From the IMG/VR virus record IMGVR_UViG_3300035429_000176: a DNA stretch of 20,000 nucleotides; one strand, 5' to 3'. This stretch comes from an uncultured virus (IMG/VR IMGVR_UViG_3300035429_000176). Lineage: Duplodnaviria > Heunggongvirae > Uroviricota > Caudoviricetes. The notes beneath the pieces were generated by a model that saw nothing but the letters and a program-made list of their open reading frames with translations, made no database searches and had not been told where the DNA came from. Position 1 is the stretch's first letter, and each line of letters opens with the position of its first letter. Of the stretch, positions 7,468-15,643 are shown piece after piece. The translations under genes were made by a program, and so were the position numbers.

Positions 7468-9438
7468 TTATTTTACTGTTAGTTGACTGTCTGTTGTAAC
7501 CTGCAAGAATATCATTTGTGCGTTGGAAGCAATGAATGTATTCACGCTTTCGGCACGGTCAATGAACATTGGAGCATAGACTTCGTAATGCCTTGCCAAT
7601 GTGTTGGTGATGTCAATACCTGCGTTCACTTGCTTTGCTGTATTGCACGTACCATAGGACACACCATCAATTATAGGAATACATACTTCGTATTCGTTTC
7701 CGTCAAGAGTGGTATCGAAAAGTTTCCAGTGTACCATGCCAAACAGCGAGTTCAAACGGCTCTCACAATCATCAATGCGAGCTTTGGCAAACTTAGCAGC
7801 TATATATTCACGTTTCTCTATGTCGGCTATCTTCTGTGCGAGTTCACGACCTTCCTTTTCAAGACGCTCTATTTCTTTATCATAGTTGGCGATAATGGTA
7901 CGGTTGTTTAGTTGGATTTCCAAGTTCTTAATAGCAGATTTCACCAACTCGGCACGTTCGGACAGTTCGGTATCTGTCTGAGTATATGTGATATTTGCTA
8001 TTTCTTTTTCTATCTCATCCAAACGTTTCAGGTTTGCTGCATACGCAGGCAGCTCGTTTTCGTTGATGGCGGACGGTGTTGCTTTCGGGGTGGATTTCAG
8101 ACGATCATACAGCCCTGCAATACATTCGTCAATGGCAGTAATCTTTTTGGAATGCTCTACAAGTTCTTCATTACGCCTGTTTAATTCCTCTCGGTATGAT
8201 TCGACTTGTGTCGACAGGGATTTTCCACGTGATTGATTCTCTTTGAGCCTGTTTTGTTTATATTCTTCAAACTTTTGGAGAGCGTCTTGTATCATATTGT
8301 CGGGTAAAGGCTGACCGCAATGAGGACAGATATTATCACCGGTGTACTGTGTGGCACGAATGGATGCCCATTCGGAACGTAATTCTTCAAGTCTGCTTGT
8401 TGTTCCAGTTATTTCTTCGTTCAAATACTTGATGCGTTCTTTTGCACGGGTAATGTCTATATTGCAATCCGATCGTTCGGAATGAATATTCTTCAACTCT
8501 TTCTCGATTTCATTACGTGTTTCGTTCTGCTTATCGGCTTCCTCCTGACGACTTCTCCTTTCTGCGGCAAGAATATCCTTCTGTTGCTGTTCGATTTGCC
8601 GTTTTTCACGGTTCAGCGCAGCTTTTTTATCGATGGCAGATTGCTTGCGAGCATCTTCAGAATGCAGAAGTTCGTTTATTTCTTCCAGCTCTTTCTTTTT
8701 GTCGGTGAGCATTTCTTCCAATAAGTTCCAATCCTCGGCTTCTGGTTTCATCTTGTCCGTTTGGTCGATACGTGGCTTGATTTCATCCGCTTGCATTTTT
8801 AGACGTTTTTTCTCTGCGGCAATCTGCCGACGATAATCCGCCAATGATTTGCCACTCAACATGTCTACGAGAGCGGTAAATTCTGCATTTCCCTGCGCCA
8901 ATTCGTTGTCTGTTTTGGCTCTGGCAATGGACATTAACACTTCACGTTGAACATCTTGTTTTAACGATAGGAAATACTCGGTATTGGTTAGCATCTTGAA
9001 AAGGTTCTCATCAATGATTTCGGCATTTATACGTTCCTTATACTCATTGACACGAACAGGTACGCCGTCCCATGTGCATTCGGTGACATTCCCCTTGAAC
9101 ACTTCCTCTACTTGTCCACGAGGTTTGACCCATTGCTCCTTATACTCTCGTTTGATGGTAATTTCCGTTCCATCAACGACTAATGTTCCCTCTACGGAGC
9201 ATTCACAATGCTGTAGGGGATTGCCCTTTTCGTCTGTGGTGCGCAAGTTGAAGTCTTTACGGTCTTTGCTGTCCTTGCCGAAAAGCAGCCAACAGAACGC
9301 ATCCATGTGCCTGGACTTGCCGAGACCGTTACGACCACAGATACGTGTAACAGTGCCATCTGTATGGAACTGTGTTGTCCTTTCTTTTTCTCCACGCCAG
9401 TTGCGAAGCGTGATTGATTTTAGCTGAATTGCTTTCAT
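7468..9438 (-). CDS. Rad50/SbcC-like coiled-coil ATPase
   Basis: Walker A GRNGLGKS, long coiled coils, CPHC zinc hook, C-terminal MFIDRAES Walker B. Confidence 0.88.
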   Translation of the reverse strand: MKAIQLKSITLRNWRGEKERTTQFHTDGTVTRICGRNGLGKSRHMDAFCWLLFGKDSKDRKDFNLRTTDEKGNPLQHCECSVEGTLVVDGTEITIKREYKEQWVKPRGQVEEVFKGNVTECTWDGVPVRVNEYKERINAEIIDENLFKMLTNTEYFLSLKQDVQREVLMSIARAKTDNELAQGNAEFTALVDMLSGKSLADYRRQIAAEKKRLKMQADEIKPRIDQTDKMKPEAEDWNLLEEMLTDKKKELEEINELLHSEDARKQSAIDKKAALNREKRQIEQQQKDILAAERRSRQEEADKQNETRNEIEKELKNIHSERSDCNIDITRAKERIKYLNEEITGTTSRLEELRSEWASIRATQYTGDNICPHCGQPLPDNMIQDALQKFEEYKQNRLKENQSRGKSLSTQVESYREELNRRNEELVEHSKKITAIDECIAGLYDRLKSTPKATPSAINENELPAYAANLKRLDEIEKEIANITYTQTDTELSERAELVKSAIKNLEIQLNNRTIIANYDKEIERLEKEGRELAQKIADIEKREYIAAKFAKARIDDCESRLNSLFGMVHWKLFDTTLDGNEYEVCIPIIDGVSYGTCNTAKQVNAGIDITNTLARHYEVYAPMFIDRAESVNTFIASNAQMIFLQVTTDSQLTVK

Positions 9439-9468
9439 CTACTTTGATTTTTAATAGTGAAAAAATAG

Positions 9469-9555
9469 TGGGAGGAACAGGATTTGAACCTGTGTCCTGC
9501 TGCATCTTGGCCATTTGGGTACGTACCGCCGCTCTATCCGCTGAGCTATCCTCCC
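9469..9555 (-). ncRNA. tRNA-like RNA with an aberrant anticodon arm
   Basis: Acceptor GGGAGGA/TCCTCCC, D arm GCTC-AGCGGATA-GAGC, T arm ACAGG-TTCAAAT-CCTGT; no canonical 7-nt anticodon loop. Confidence 0.8.
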
Positions 9556-9558
9556 TTA

Positions 9559-9828
9559 TCATTTGAAATAGTCTTGTTGTAACCTTTGTAGTGTACGCAG
9601 TTCGATTGTGCGGTATTCAATTTTGCCCGGACGCTTGCAGGGGGTTATTTTACCCTGCTTGCGCCATCTATCCACATTGCCACGCCCAAACATAGCGTAT
9701 GCTTTTCGCTGGCTGACCATTTCGGGGTCATTGTGTGTATCGGCAAGCATACGGACTACAGAGGACGCTACATCGCGGACGAAAGTGTCATAAGTAACGG
9801 ATTTATCGGGAAAATCAATAGTGAGCAT
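9559..9828 (-). CDS. Small phage DNA-binding protein (Xis/HTH-like)
   Basis: SQRKAYAMFGRGNVDRWRKQGKI resembles an Xis-type winged helix. Confidence 0.7.
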   Translation of the reverse strand: MLTIDFPDKSVTYDTFVRDVASSVVRMLADTHNDPEMVSQRKAYAMFGRGNVDRWRKQGKITPCKRPGKIEYRTIELRTLQRLQQDYFK

Positions 9829-9839
9829 AGGATTACGGA

Positions 9840-10052
9840 TTAAAGTGAATACTCTGCACGATAATTTTCATCGGTTTTAATGAAATATGTAAGCACTTTT
9901 ATTAGGGAACGTTTAGAACCGGGCTTGGCAATAGAGTCAACCAGACTTTCTCTCTTTTGCTTGTCTGTAGCAATAAAGATGTAGCCCACGTGTCTTGCTT
10001 CCGGTTTAAGAGGCTTGATTTGAGAATTTAATTTTTTGAAATTGATAGACAT
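9840..10052 (-). CDS. Hypothetical phage protein
   Basis: Start MSINFKK (10052) avoids overlap with the upstream gene. Confidence 0.65.
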   Translation of the reverse strand: MSINFKKLNSQIKPLKPEARHVGYIFIATDKQKRESLVDSIAKPGSKRSLIKVLTYFIKTDENYRAEYSL

Positions 10053-10071
10053 GATATTGTAAGTTAAGAGG

Positions 10072-10269
10072 TTATTTGTTTTCATTTTGAAACTCCATCC
10101 ATGATATACGTACCAGTTTCCATGTGAGAAAGATGAATACAGCTGATACAAGATAGCCAATGAACGATGCGATGTTTCCAAGTATGATATGTGCCACAAT
10201 GCTGACAACCACCGCAAAAAGCATGATGCAGGATAGTATCAGTTGTGAAATATTTACAAATTTGTTCAT
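10072..10269 (-). CDS. Small two-TM membrane protein
   Basis: 65 aa with two hydrophobic segments; follows the cro-like gene. Confidence 0.65.
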   Translation of the reverse strand: MNKFVNISQLILSCIMLFAVVVSIVAHIILGNIASFIGYLVSAVFIFLTWKLVRISWMEFQNENK

Positions 10270-10281
10270 GATGATTACAAA

Positions 10282-10473
10282 TTACGATATTCTGATTACT
10301 GTTATGATACGCTTTTCTCGGTCCGTTTCTGTCTGGTACTTACGATTCAGGATAAGTCCGAGGTCGGAAGCCTGAGCACGGACGCTCTTAGTCTTTTCAA
10401 TGGGGAAAGTAACCGCTTTACCTACTTTCAAATCCGTTAAAGTTGGACGTACTTTTACTTGATTTTCTGCCAT
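10282..10473 (-). CDS. Cro-like early regulator
   Basis: 63 aa basic protein, first gene of the leftward operon, divergent from the repressor; call is positional. Confidence 0.65.
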   Translation of the reverse strand: MAENQVKVRPTLTDLKVGKAVTFPIEKTKSVRAQASDLGLILNRKYQTETDREKRIITVIRIS

Positions 10474-10513
10474 TTTATTTGTTTTTTATGGGTTATTGTT
10501 TAACTTTATAGTG

Positions 10514-10539
10514 CAAAGATAATCAATCTACTTGATTAT
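10514..10539 (-). promoter_or_regulatory. Leftward promoter -7 element overlapped by a palindromic operator
   Basis: TATCTTTG on the minus strand (10514-10521) matches TAnnTTTG; perfect inverted repeat ATAATCAA-N5-TTGATTAT (10519-10539). Confidence 0.7.
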
Positions 10540-10586
10540 AAGAGTAAATATACTGATTTAACAAGTAAATTAACTATTATTAAAAT

Positions 10587-10970
10587 ATGGAAACCATAAA
10601 CGACAGGCTGCAATGGATTGTCAATGAAAAATTTGATGGCAATAAAGCTGCTTTTGCAAAAGCCATTGGAATCGTGCCAACAAGTATATCTAATTATTTA
10701 GGAAAGCAAAGAGCGTCTAAACCTTCCGTTGATATGATTGCTAAAATCGTCAATGTACTTAACGTGGACGCTCGTTGGCTTCTCACAGGGGAAGAGACAG
10801 CAAAAGTTGAGCAAGTTTTAACTCATGGTGATTTCTCACCGGCTTCAATCCATGGGGATGCGGTGAATGGCAACATGGATATTGCTGTTTTGCAAGAAAA
10901 GGTGAAACATTTAGAGGAACTTCTTGCAGAAAAAGAAAGATTGATAAGTGTTTTGATGGAACGGAAATGA
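10587..10970 (+). CDS. CI-like XRE-family HTH repressor
   Basis: NKAAFAKAIGIVPTSISNY HTH, VDARWLLTGE, C-terminal coiled coil; no S24 peptidase domain. Confidence 0.9.
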   Translation: METINDRLQWIVNEKFDGNKAAFAKAIGIVPTSISNYLGKQRASKPSVDMIAKIVNVLNVDARWLLTGEETAKVEQVLTHGDFSPASIHGDAVNGNMDIAVLQEKVKHLEELLAEKERLISVLMERK

Positions 10971-12031
10971 GAAAGGGTTTAAGCTGTATAGGTCTTTGGT
11001 TGTGTCTGCTTTTAATTATAGGGTGTTCAAACTCTGATAGCCAACCTGAGAATGTTGAGGTATATTTGGAAGCTAATACCGACCGTGTTTTATTAAAGGA
11101 AGAAGGTGGTACAGCTTACATAAATATTGCTTCCAATACGAGGTGGACGATACTAGTTGAAAATGATGAAATACCGGTTATTGATTTGGATATTACTCCA
11201 CTTGCAGGTGACGGAGATGGTGCTATTAAAATAACTTATGGTCGTGAGATAAACAAAGTACAGTGTGAACACGCTACTCTTATTTTTTATTATTATTCTG
11301 AAGGAAAAAGAGTAAGTAAGGAAGTGATTTTGACTAGGCAAGAAAATGATGGTAATAAAGATGAAGAGGGTTGGAAAACTTTTACAACTTTTGCAAAAGC
11401 TACAAATTCTTTTCCTGCTACATTTAAGACCATGGATGGGTATAAATTAATACCCACAGCTATTTCGATTTTCTCAACACCTGGTGATGTGTATTATATT
11501 GCAGGTCAGTATAAAGATTCTATGTTTGATATAGAAAAGAAAGAAATACATCTAGAGCTTTTGAGTGAACCTGTTTGTATAAGTGGATTATCAATTGGAT
11601 TTGAGAGTGTTGATGCATACCCTTCAAATGCTCCTTTTCATTCATCTAATTATAATGAAGTTAAACCTGTACTTTTTGATGAACATACTATAATTATTCC
11701 TATGTTTTTCTGGGTTGCTAGTACGACTGATGCAATACAAGAAGAGTTAAAACGGCATTCCTTTATGTTGGTGTATGATTCTAATGGAAATTCTGATAGT
11801 AATTTGGGGGTGTGTTTGTTGCATAATGTTTCGGATGATGAATATAGGATAAGAACATTATATACTGTACAATATTGTGCGTTTGATATAGCGTCTGCAA
11901 TTAGCCGATTTGAATCGGAGAAAGGAAATAAACCTAGTAGAATGACAATAGAGTATAAAGTGAATTCATTAAGTGATCGTTTAGAGGATGCTAGGATTGA
12001 AAAATATACTTTAGATTATAAATTTCAATAG
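10967..12031 (+). CDS. Lipoprotein with a BACON-like N-terminal and NigD-like C-terminal region
   Basis: Signal peptide with lipobox LIIG-C; GGTAYINIASNTRWTI is BACON-like; AT-rich; ATGA overlap with the repressor. Confidence 0.75.
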   Translation: MRKGLSCIGLWLCLLLIIGCSNSDSQPENVEVYLEANTDRVLLKEEGGTAYINIASNTRWTILVENDEIPVIDLDITPLAGDGDGAIKITYGREINKVQCEHATLIFYYYSEGKRVSKEVILTRQENDGNKDEEGWKTFTTFAKATNSFPATFKTMDGYKLIPTAISIFSTPGDVYYIAGQYKDSMFDIEKKEIHLELLSEPVCISGLSIGFESVDAYPSNAPFHSSNYNEVKPVLFDEHTIIIPMFFWVASTTDAIQEELKRHSFMLVYDSNGNSDSNLGVCLLHNVSDDEYRIRTLYTVQYCAFDIASAISRFESEKGNKPSRMTIEYKVNSLSDRLEDARIEKYTLDYKFQ

Positions 12032-12091
12032 AAAAACGCTGCTAACAAATAGTTGTACAATATTATAGAACTCGTTGAAAAGCAACGATAA

Positions 12092-12124
12092 TTAGCTGCG
12101 GCGCAGGCAGCAATCGAGGAATAA
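12092..12124 (+). other. Putative att core: orphan 3' end of a ppdK-like gene
   Basis: TTAGCTGCGGCGCAGGCAGCAATCGAGGAATAA = LAAAQAAIEE*, a GC-rich patch preceded by an in-frame stop; resembles the PPDK C-terminus RVPIARLAAAQAA. Confidence 0.65.
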
Positions 12125-12148
12125 CGGTAGTTCCGATTTAGTTGTTGA

Positions 12149-12190
12149 ATTAGGCTGTAATGACTTGTAAATAAGGCATTACAGCCTAAT
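12149..12190. terminator. 14-bp perfect inverted repeat (terminator or att-associated hairpin)
   Basis: ATTAGGCTGTAATG (12149-12162) / CATTACAGCCTAAT (12177-12190). Confidence 0.6.
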
Positions 12191-12206
12191 CTGTTTTCAG
12201 ACGGTT

Positions 12207-12303
12207 CGTTCATTTGACCGCATAAGAATAGCCAAATGAACGGTATTTGCATACACCTGGACATACATTTGTGAATATAGGAGCATACACCAAAGCATAC
12301 ACC
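12207..12303. repeat. Inverted repeat plus direct repeats upstream of the integrase (putative arm-type sites)
   Basis: CGTTCATTTG/CAAATGAACG (12207-12242); GCATACACC at 12249, 12283 and 12295, with variant ACATACATT at 12261. Confidence 0.7.
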
Positions 12304-12319
12304 ATTAAATTATTGATAT

Positions 12320-13522
12320 ATGGCTACATTTAAAGCAGTTGTAAGAAAGAAAAGAGCCGATGGCTTTTATCCGGTGTACATTCGCATCGTTCACCGTTCC
12401 AGAATGGGTTATATCAAAACTGATAAGCTCATTACAGATAAGCAAATTCTAAAGTCTGGAGAAATTAAAGATGCGGTAGTAAATGAATATTGTTCAAGGG
12501 AAATCCTGAAATACACCGATATGGCGAATCGCAAGGATATATCCGAATACTCTGTTTCAGAACTGATAGAGTATCTTACTCACGTAGAGGATAATGTTTG
12601 CTTTAGCGAATATGCAACCATGCATATCAATCGTATGATTTGCGAGGGTCACGAACGTAATGCGAAGAATTATCGTCTTGCTGTTAATCATTTGGAGCGT
12701 TATCTTGGAACAACCCATGTGATGTTTAATCACTTGACATCAACCGTACTAAAGAAATGGATTGCATCCCTTTCTTTAACCAATAGAGCCAAAGAAATGT
12801 ATCCGACTTGTATAAGACAAATTTTTAAATGTGCGATAGCGGAATATAATGATGAAGAACGTGATATAATACGTATCAAGTTCAATCCATGGCACAAAGT
12901 TCAAATACCCAAGTCAGATACAACACTAAAACGTGCTATTAGCGCAGAGGCTTGTCGTGAGTTTTTCAATCGTCCGTTGCCTATAAGCAAAATGATTTCT
13001 TCCCTGCCAGAATTGGGAAGAGATATTGCTCTTCTTTCTCTTTGTTTGGGAGGTATCAATTCTGTTGATTTGTACGAACTCAAAAAGAAAGACTACCAAA
13101 ATGGAGTCATTGGCTATAAAAGAGCAAAGATTAGAAACAGTCGCCGTGATGAAGGTTATATGGAAATGAGAGTTGAACCGTTTATCCAATCCACGTTTGA
13201 CAAATACCTCTCTACTGATGAAAATGAAGAATATCTGTTTAATTTCCACAAGCGTTACAGCAATTCCGACAGTTTCAATGCGAATGTAAACATCGGAATA
13301 CGAAAGATTTGTCTGGATATGGGTATGAGTAAAGAAGATTGTTATTGTTTCTATACATCCCGGCACACGTTCGCTACGATGATGCTTACCCTCGGTGCGG
13401 ATCTTTATACCACGAGCAAACTGCTCGGCCATGCCAACGTGAAGACCACGCAGATATACGCGAAAATCGTTGACAGCAAGAAGACGGAAGCCGTCAATCT
13501 GGTAGATAAGGTGTTTGATTAG
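12320..13522 (+). CDS. int: Tyrosine recombinase/integrase (apparently chimeric)
   Basis: Arm-binding-like N-terminus GFYPVYIRI, SAM-like core, then YTSRHTFAT, LLGH and TTQIY catalytic motifs. Confidence 0.93.
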   Translation: MATFKAVVRKKRADGFYPVYIRIVHRSRMGYIKTDKLITDKQILKSGEIKDAVVNEYCSREILKYTDMANRKDISEYSVSELIEYLTHVEDNVCFSEYATMHINRMICEGHERNAKNYRLAVNHLERYLGTTHVMFNHLTSTVLKKWIASLSLTNRAKEMYPTCIRQIFKCAIAEYNDEERDIIRIKFNPWHKVQIPKSDTTLKRAISAEACREFFNRPLPISKMISSLPELGRDIALLSLCLGGINSVDLYELKKKDYQNGVIGYKRAKIRNSRRDEGYMEMRVEPFIQSTFDKYLSTDENEEYLFNFHKRYSNSDSFNANVNIGIRKICLDMGMSKEDCYCFYTSRHTFATMMLTLGADLYTTSKLLGHANVKTTQIYAKIVDSKKTEAVNLVDKVFD

Positions 13523-13527
13523 TAAAG

Positions 13528-13656
13528 CATTTTGAGAATCATGCTATTTTTAAGGATATTAATATTGAGATTCACTTTTACCACGCAAGCATTTTGAGAT
13601 TTGTGTAATTTTTCAATGAAAACATTTTGAGATATGTGCGGATTCTCTTATCTTTG
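13528..13656 (+). promoter_or_regulatory. Promoter with four upstream direct repeats
   Basis: TTTG (13626-13629)-19 nt-TATCTTTG (13649-13656); (CATT)TTGAGA repeats at 13528, 13562, 13590 and 13623. Confidence 0.7.
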
Positions 13657-13682
13657 TCCCATATTGATAACTGTGCAGATAT

Positions 13683-15014
13683 ATGATATTCAAAAGGAAA
13701 ATATATAATGAGCTTCTGCAATGGAAGCGGACGGATGAAGGCAGGACTGCCCTATTGATACAGGGTGCGAGACGTGTCGGGAAATCCACCATCGCTGAAG
13801 AGTTTGCAACTAACGAATACGAAACCCATATACTGGTGGATTTTGCCGCATGTTCGACAGAAATTCGGGATTTGTTCAATGACGTGTCCGACCTTAACCG
13901 AATTTTCATGCGCCTGCAACTGGAATACGCTGTCGAGTTGAAGGAACGGAAGTCTGTCATCATCTTTGATGAAGTCCAGCTTGCACCCAAAGCGAGGCAG
14001 GCGATCAAGTATCTTGTGAAAGACGGAAGGTATGATTACATAGAGACCGGCTCGTTGATTTCAATCCGAAAGAATGTCAAGGACATCCTGATTCCAAGCG
14101 AGGAGGTCAAACTCCACATGTTTCCCATGGATTATGAGGAGTTCAGGTGGGCACTGGGAGATACGGCCACTATCAGGCTGCTCCAAGGCTGTTTCCACGA
14201 CAAAACATCCTTGGGAGATGCTACGAACCGCAAACTGATGCGTGATTTCCGGTTGTATATGCTTGTCGGTGGCATGCCGCAGGCCGTGGCAGCTTATCTT
14301 GAAACCAACAATCTGGAAAAAGTAGACAGTGTGAAGCGCTCCATAATAACCTTGTATGAGGATGACTTCAACAAAATCGACCCGACGGGAAACGCTTCCA
14401 AGATATTCCGCCAGATTCCGGCCCAGTTAACGGGCAATGCCAACAGGTATTTGGCATGGAGCGCAACGGATGGCACGCGTAATTCCGCACTGGCAGAGAT
14501 ACTTTCCGAAATCAGGGAATCGATGGTGGTCAACATGGCTTACCATGCCAATGACCCGAGTGCGGGAATGGCATTGCACCAAGACCCCAACAAATACAAG
14601 ATGTTTGCAGGCGATACGGGGCTGTTCGTCACTCTCGCATTCTGGGACAGCAAGTTTACCGACAACACAATATACCATAAGCTGCTTGCTGACAAGTTGA
14701 GCACAGACCTCGGGTATGTCTATGAGAATGTTGTCGCACAGATGCTAAAGGCTTCCGGGCACGAATTGTACTATTATACTTTTCCCACCGGCAGCGGCAA
14801 GCATAACTATGAGGTGGACTTTCTGATTGCGGATGGTGACAAAGTAAGCCCCGTCGAAGTCAAGTCATCCGGTTATAAGGCGCATACATCGCTGGATGCC
14901 TTTTGCGGCAAGTTCTCTTCCCGGATAAGGAACAAATATCTGGTTTACACGAAAGATATGCGCAAGGACGGCGATGTCTTGTATCTTCCCGTATATATGA
15001 CAATGTTTCTATGA
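13683..15014 (+). CDS. AAA_14-type ATPase with a DUF4143-like/PD-(D/E)xK C-terminus
   Basis: GARRVGKS, IIFDEVQ, ETGS, VGGMP, DTGL, EVDF...PVEVKS. Confidence 0.88.
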   Translation: MIFKRKIYNELLQWKRTDEGRTALLIQGARRVGKSTIAEEFATNEYETHILVDFAACSTEIRDLFNDVSDLNRIFMRLQLEYAVELKERKSVIIFDEVQLAPKARQAIKYLVKDGRYDYIETGSLISIRKNVKDILIPSEEVKLHMFPMDYEEFRWALGDTATIRLLQGCFHDKTSLGDATNRKLMRDFRLYMLVGGMPQAVAAYLETNNLEKVDSVKRSIITLYEDDFNKIDPTGNASKIFRQIPAQLTGNANRYLAWSATDGTRNSALAEILSEIRESMVVNMAYHANDPSAGMALHQDPNKYKMFAGDTGLFVTLAFWDSKFTDNTIYHKLLADKLSTDLGYVYENVVAQMLKASGHELYYYTFPTGSGKHNYEVDFLIADGDKVSPVEVKSSGYKAHTSLDAFCGKFSSRIRNKYLVYTKDMRKDGDVLYLPVYMTMFL

Positions 15015-15643
15015 TTATGGACGGTATGCTATCGAATATCTCCCAACGGTTGCACGAAGTGAACACACTTCTTGCCACTTACGGACAAGGTGTCTTGTCT
15101 TTTGAACAGGTCTTGCCTCCGTCCCTGTTCTATCAGGATTTCAACGACACGAACCTTCTTGTCAAGGAGGCTGCCTGTCTGGTAAAGGAGAACCCCGGAC
15201 AACTTCTGGACTTTTCCTCTTCCCTTCTTTCGGAAACGAACAAATACCTTTCACTTGACAGGACACCGTTGCAGGCGGCGGACTTTGAAACCCTTTTCAG
15301 GGAACACCTCAAACCGCTTGAATTTCGGTACGAGGGAGTGAAAGCAACCGCCACAAAATTATGGAGCGAATACTCGGCGATGAGCAGCCGGTTGGATTTC
15401 CTGCCTCTGGATTCGGAAGAATACAGGTCGCTTGATGCGGAATGCAGCACGGCAAAGGCGAAGTATGACGAGGCCCACGCTCAAGCGAACCTGTTATATA
15501 AAGAATGGGTGCAGGAGCGTGACCGGAATTTCTGTGTCTGGAGTTTCAAACCGGTGTTCCTCGACGTGCTGGTGGAGCGTCTGCAGGGAATCGCCGGAAG
15601 CATCATCTCCGACATCAGACGCATGAAGGAGGGGAAGCCATGA
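15011..15643 (+). CDS. Hypothetical protein
   Basis: ATG at 15011 overlaps the upstream stop (ATGA); helical, charged sequence. Confidence 0.7.
   Translation: MIMDGMLSNISQRLHEVNTLLATYGQGVLSFEQVLPPSLFYQDFNDTNLLVKEAACLVKENPGQLLDFSSSLLSETNKYLSLDRTPLQAADFETLFREHLKPLEFRYEGVKATATKLWSEYSAMSSRLDFLPLDSEEYRSLDAECSTAKAKYDEAHAQANLLYKEWVQERDRNFCVWSFKPVFLDVLVERLQGIAGSIISDIRRMKEGKP

Larger units (their letters stand above)
1..12124. mobile_element. Temperate phage/prophage early and lysogeny region (partial, continues beyond the left edge)
   Basis: Divergent cI/cro-like pair, a co-oriented operon of recombination, replication and DNA-modification genes, and an att-like site plus integrase at the right end. 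Confidence 0.9.

Noticed and set aside
9469..9555. Functional decoding tRNA or tRNA-based attachment site
   Set aside because: No assignable anticodon in a 7-nt loop, and it lies inside the early operon about 2.8 kb from the integrase
11770..11777. Inverted CATACACC copy as a left arm site
   Set aside because: A single 8-bp match inside a CDS could be chance
13528..13633. CRISPR array
   Set aside because: The repeat core is only about 10 bp and degenerate, there are four copies, and no cas genes are present
14903..15010. N-terminal extension of the 246 aa ORF
   Set aside because: It overlaps the ATPase gene; ATG 15011 with ATGA coupling is the more plausible start
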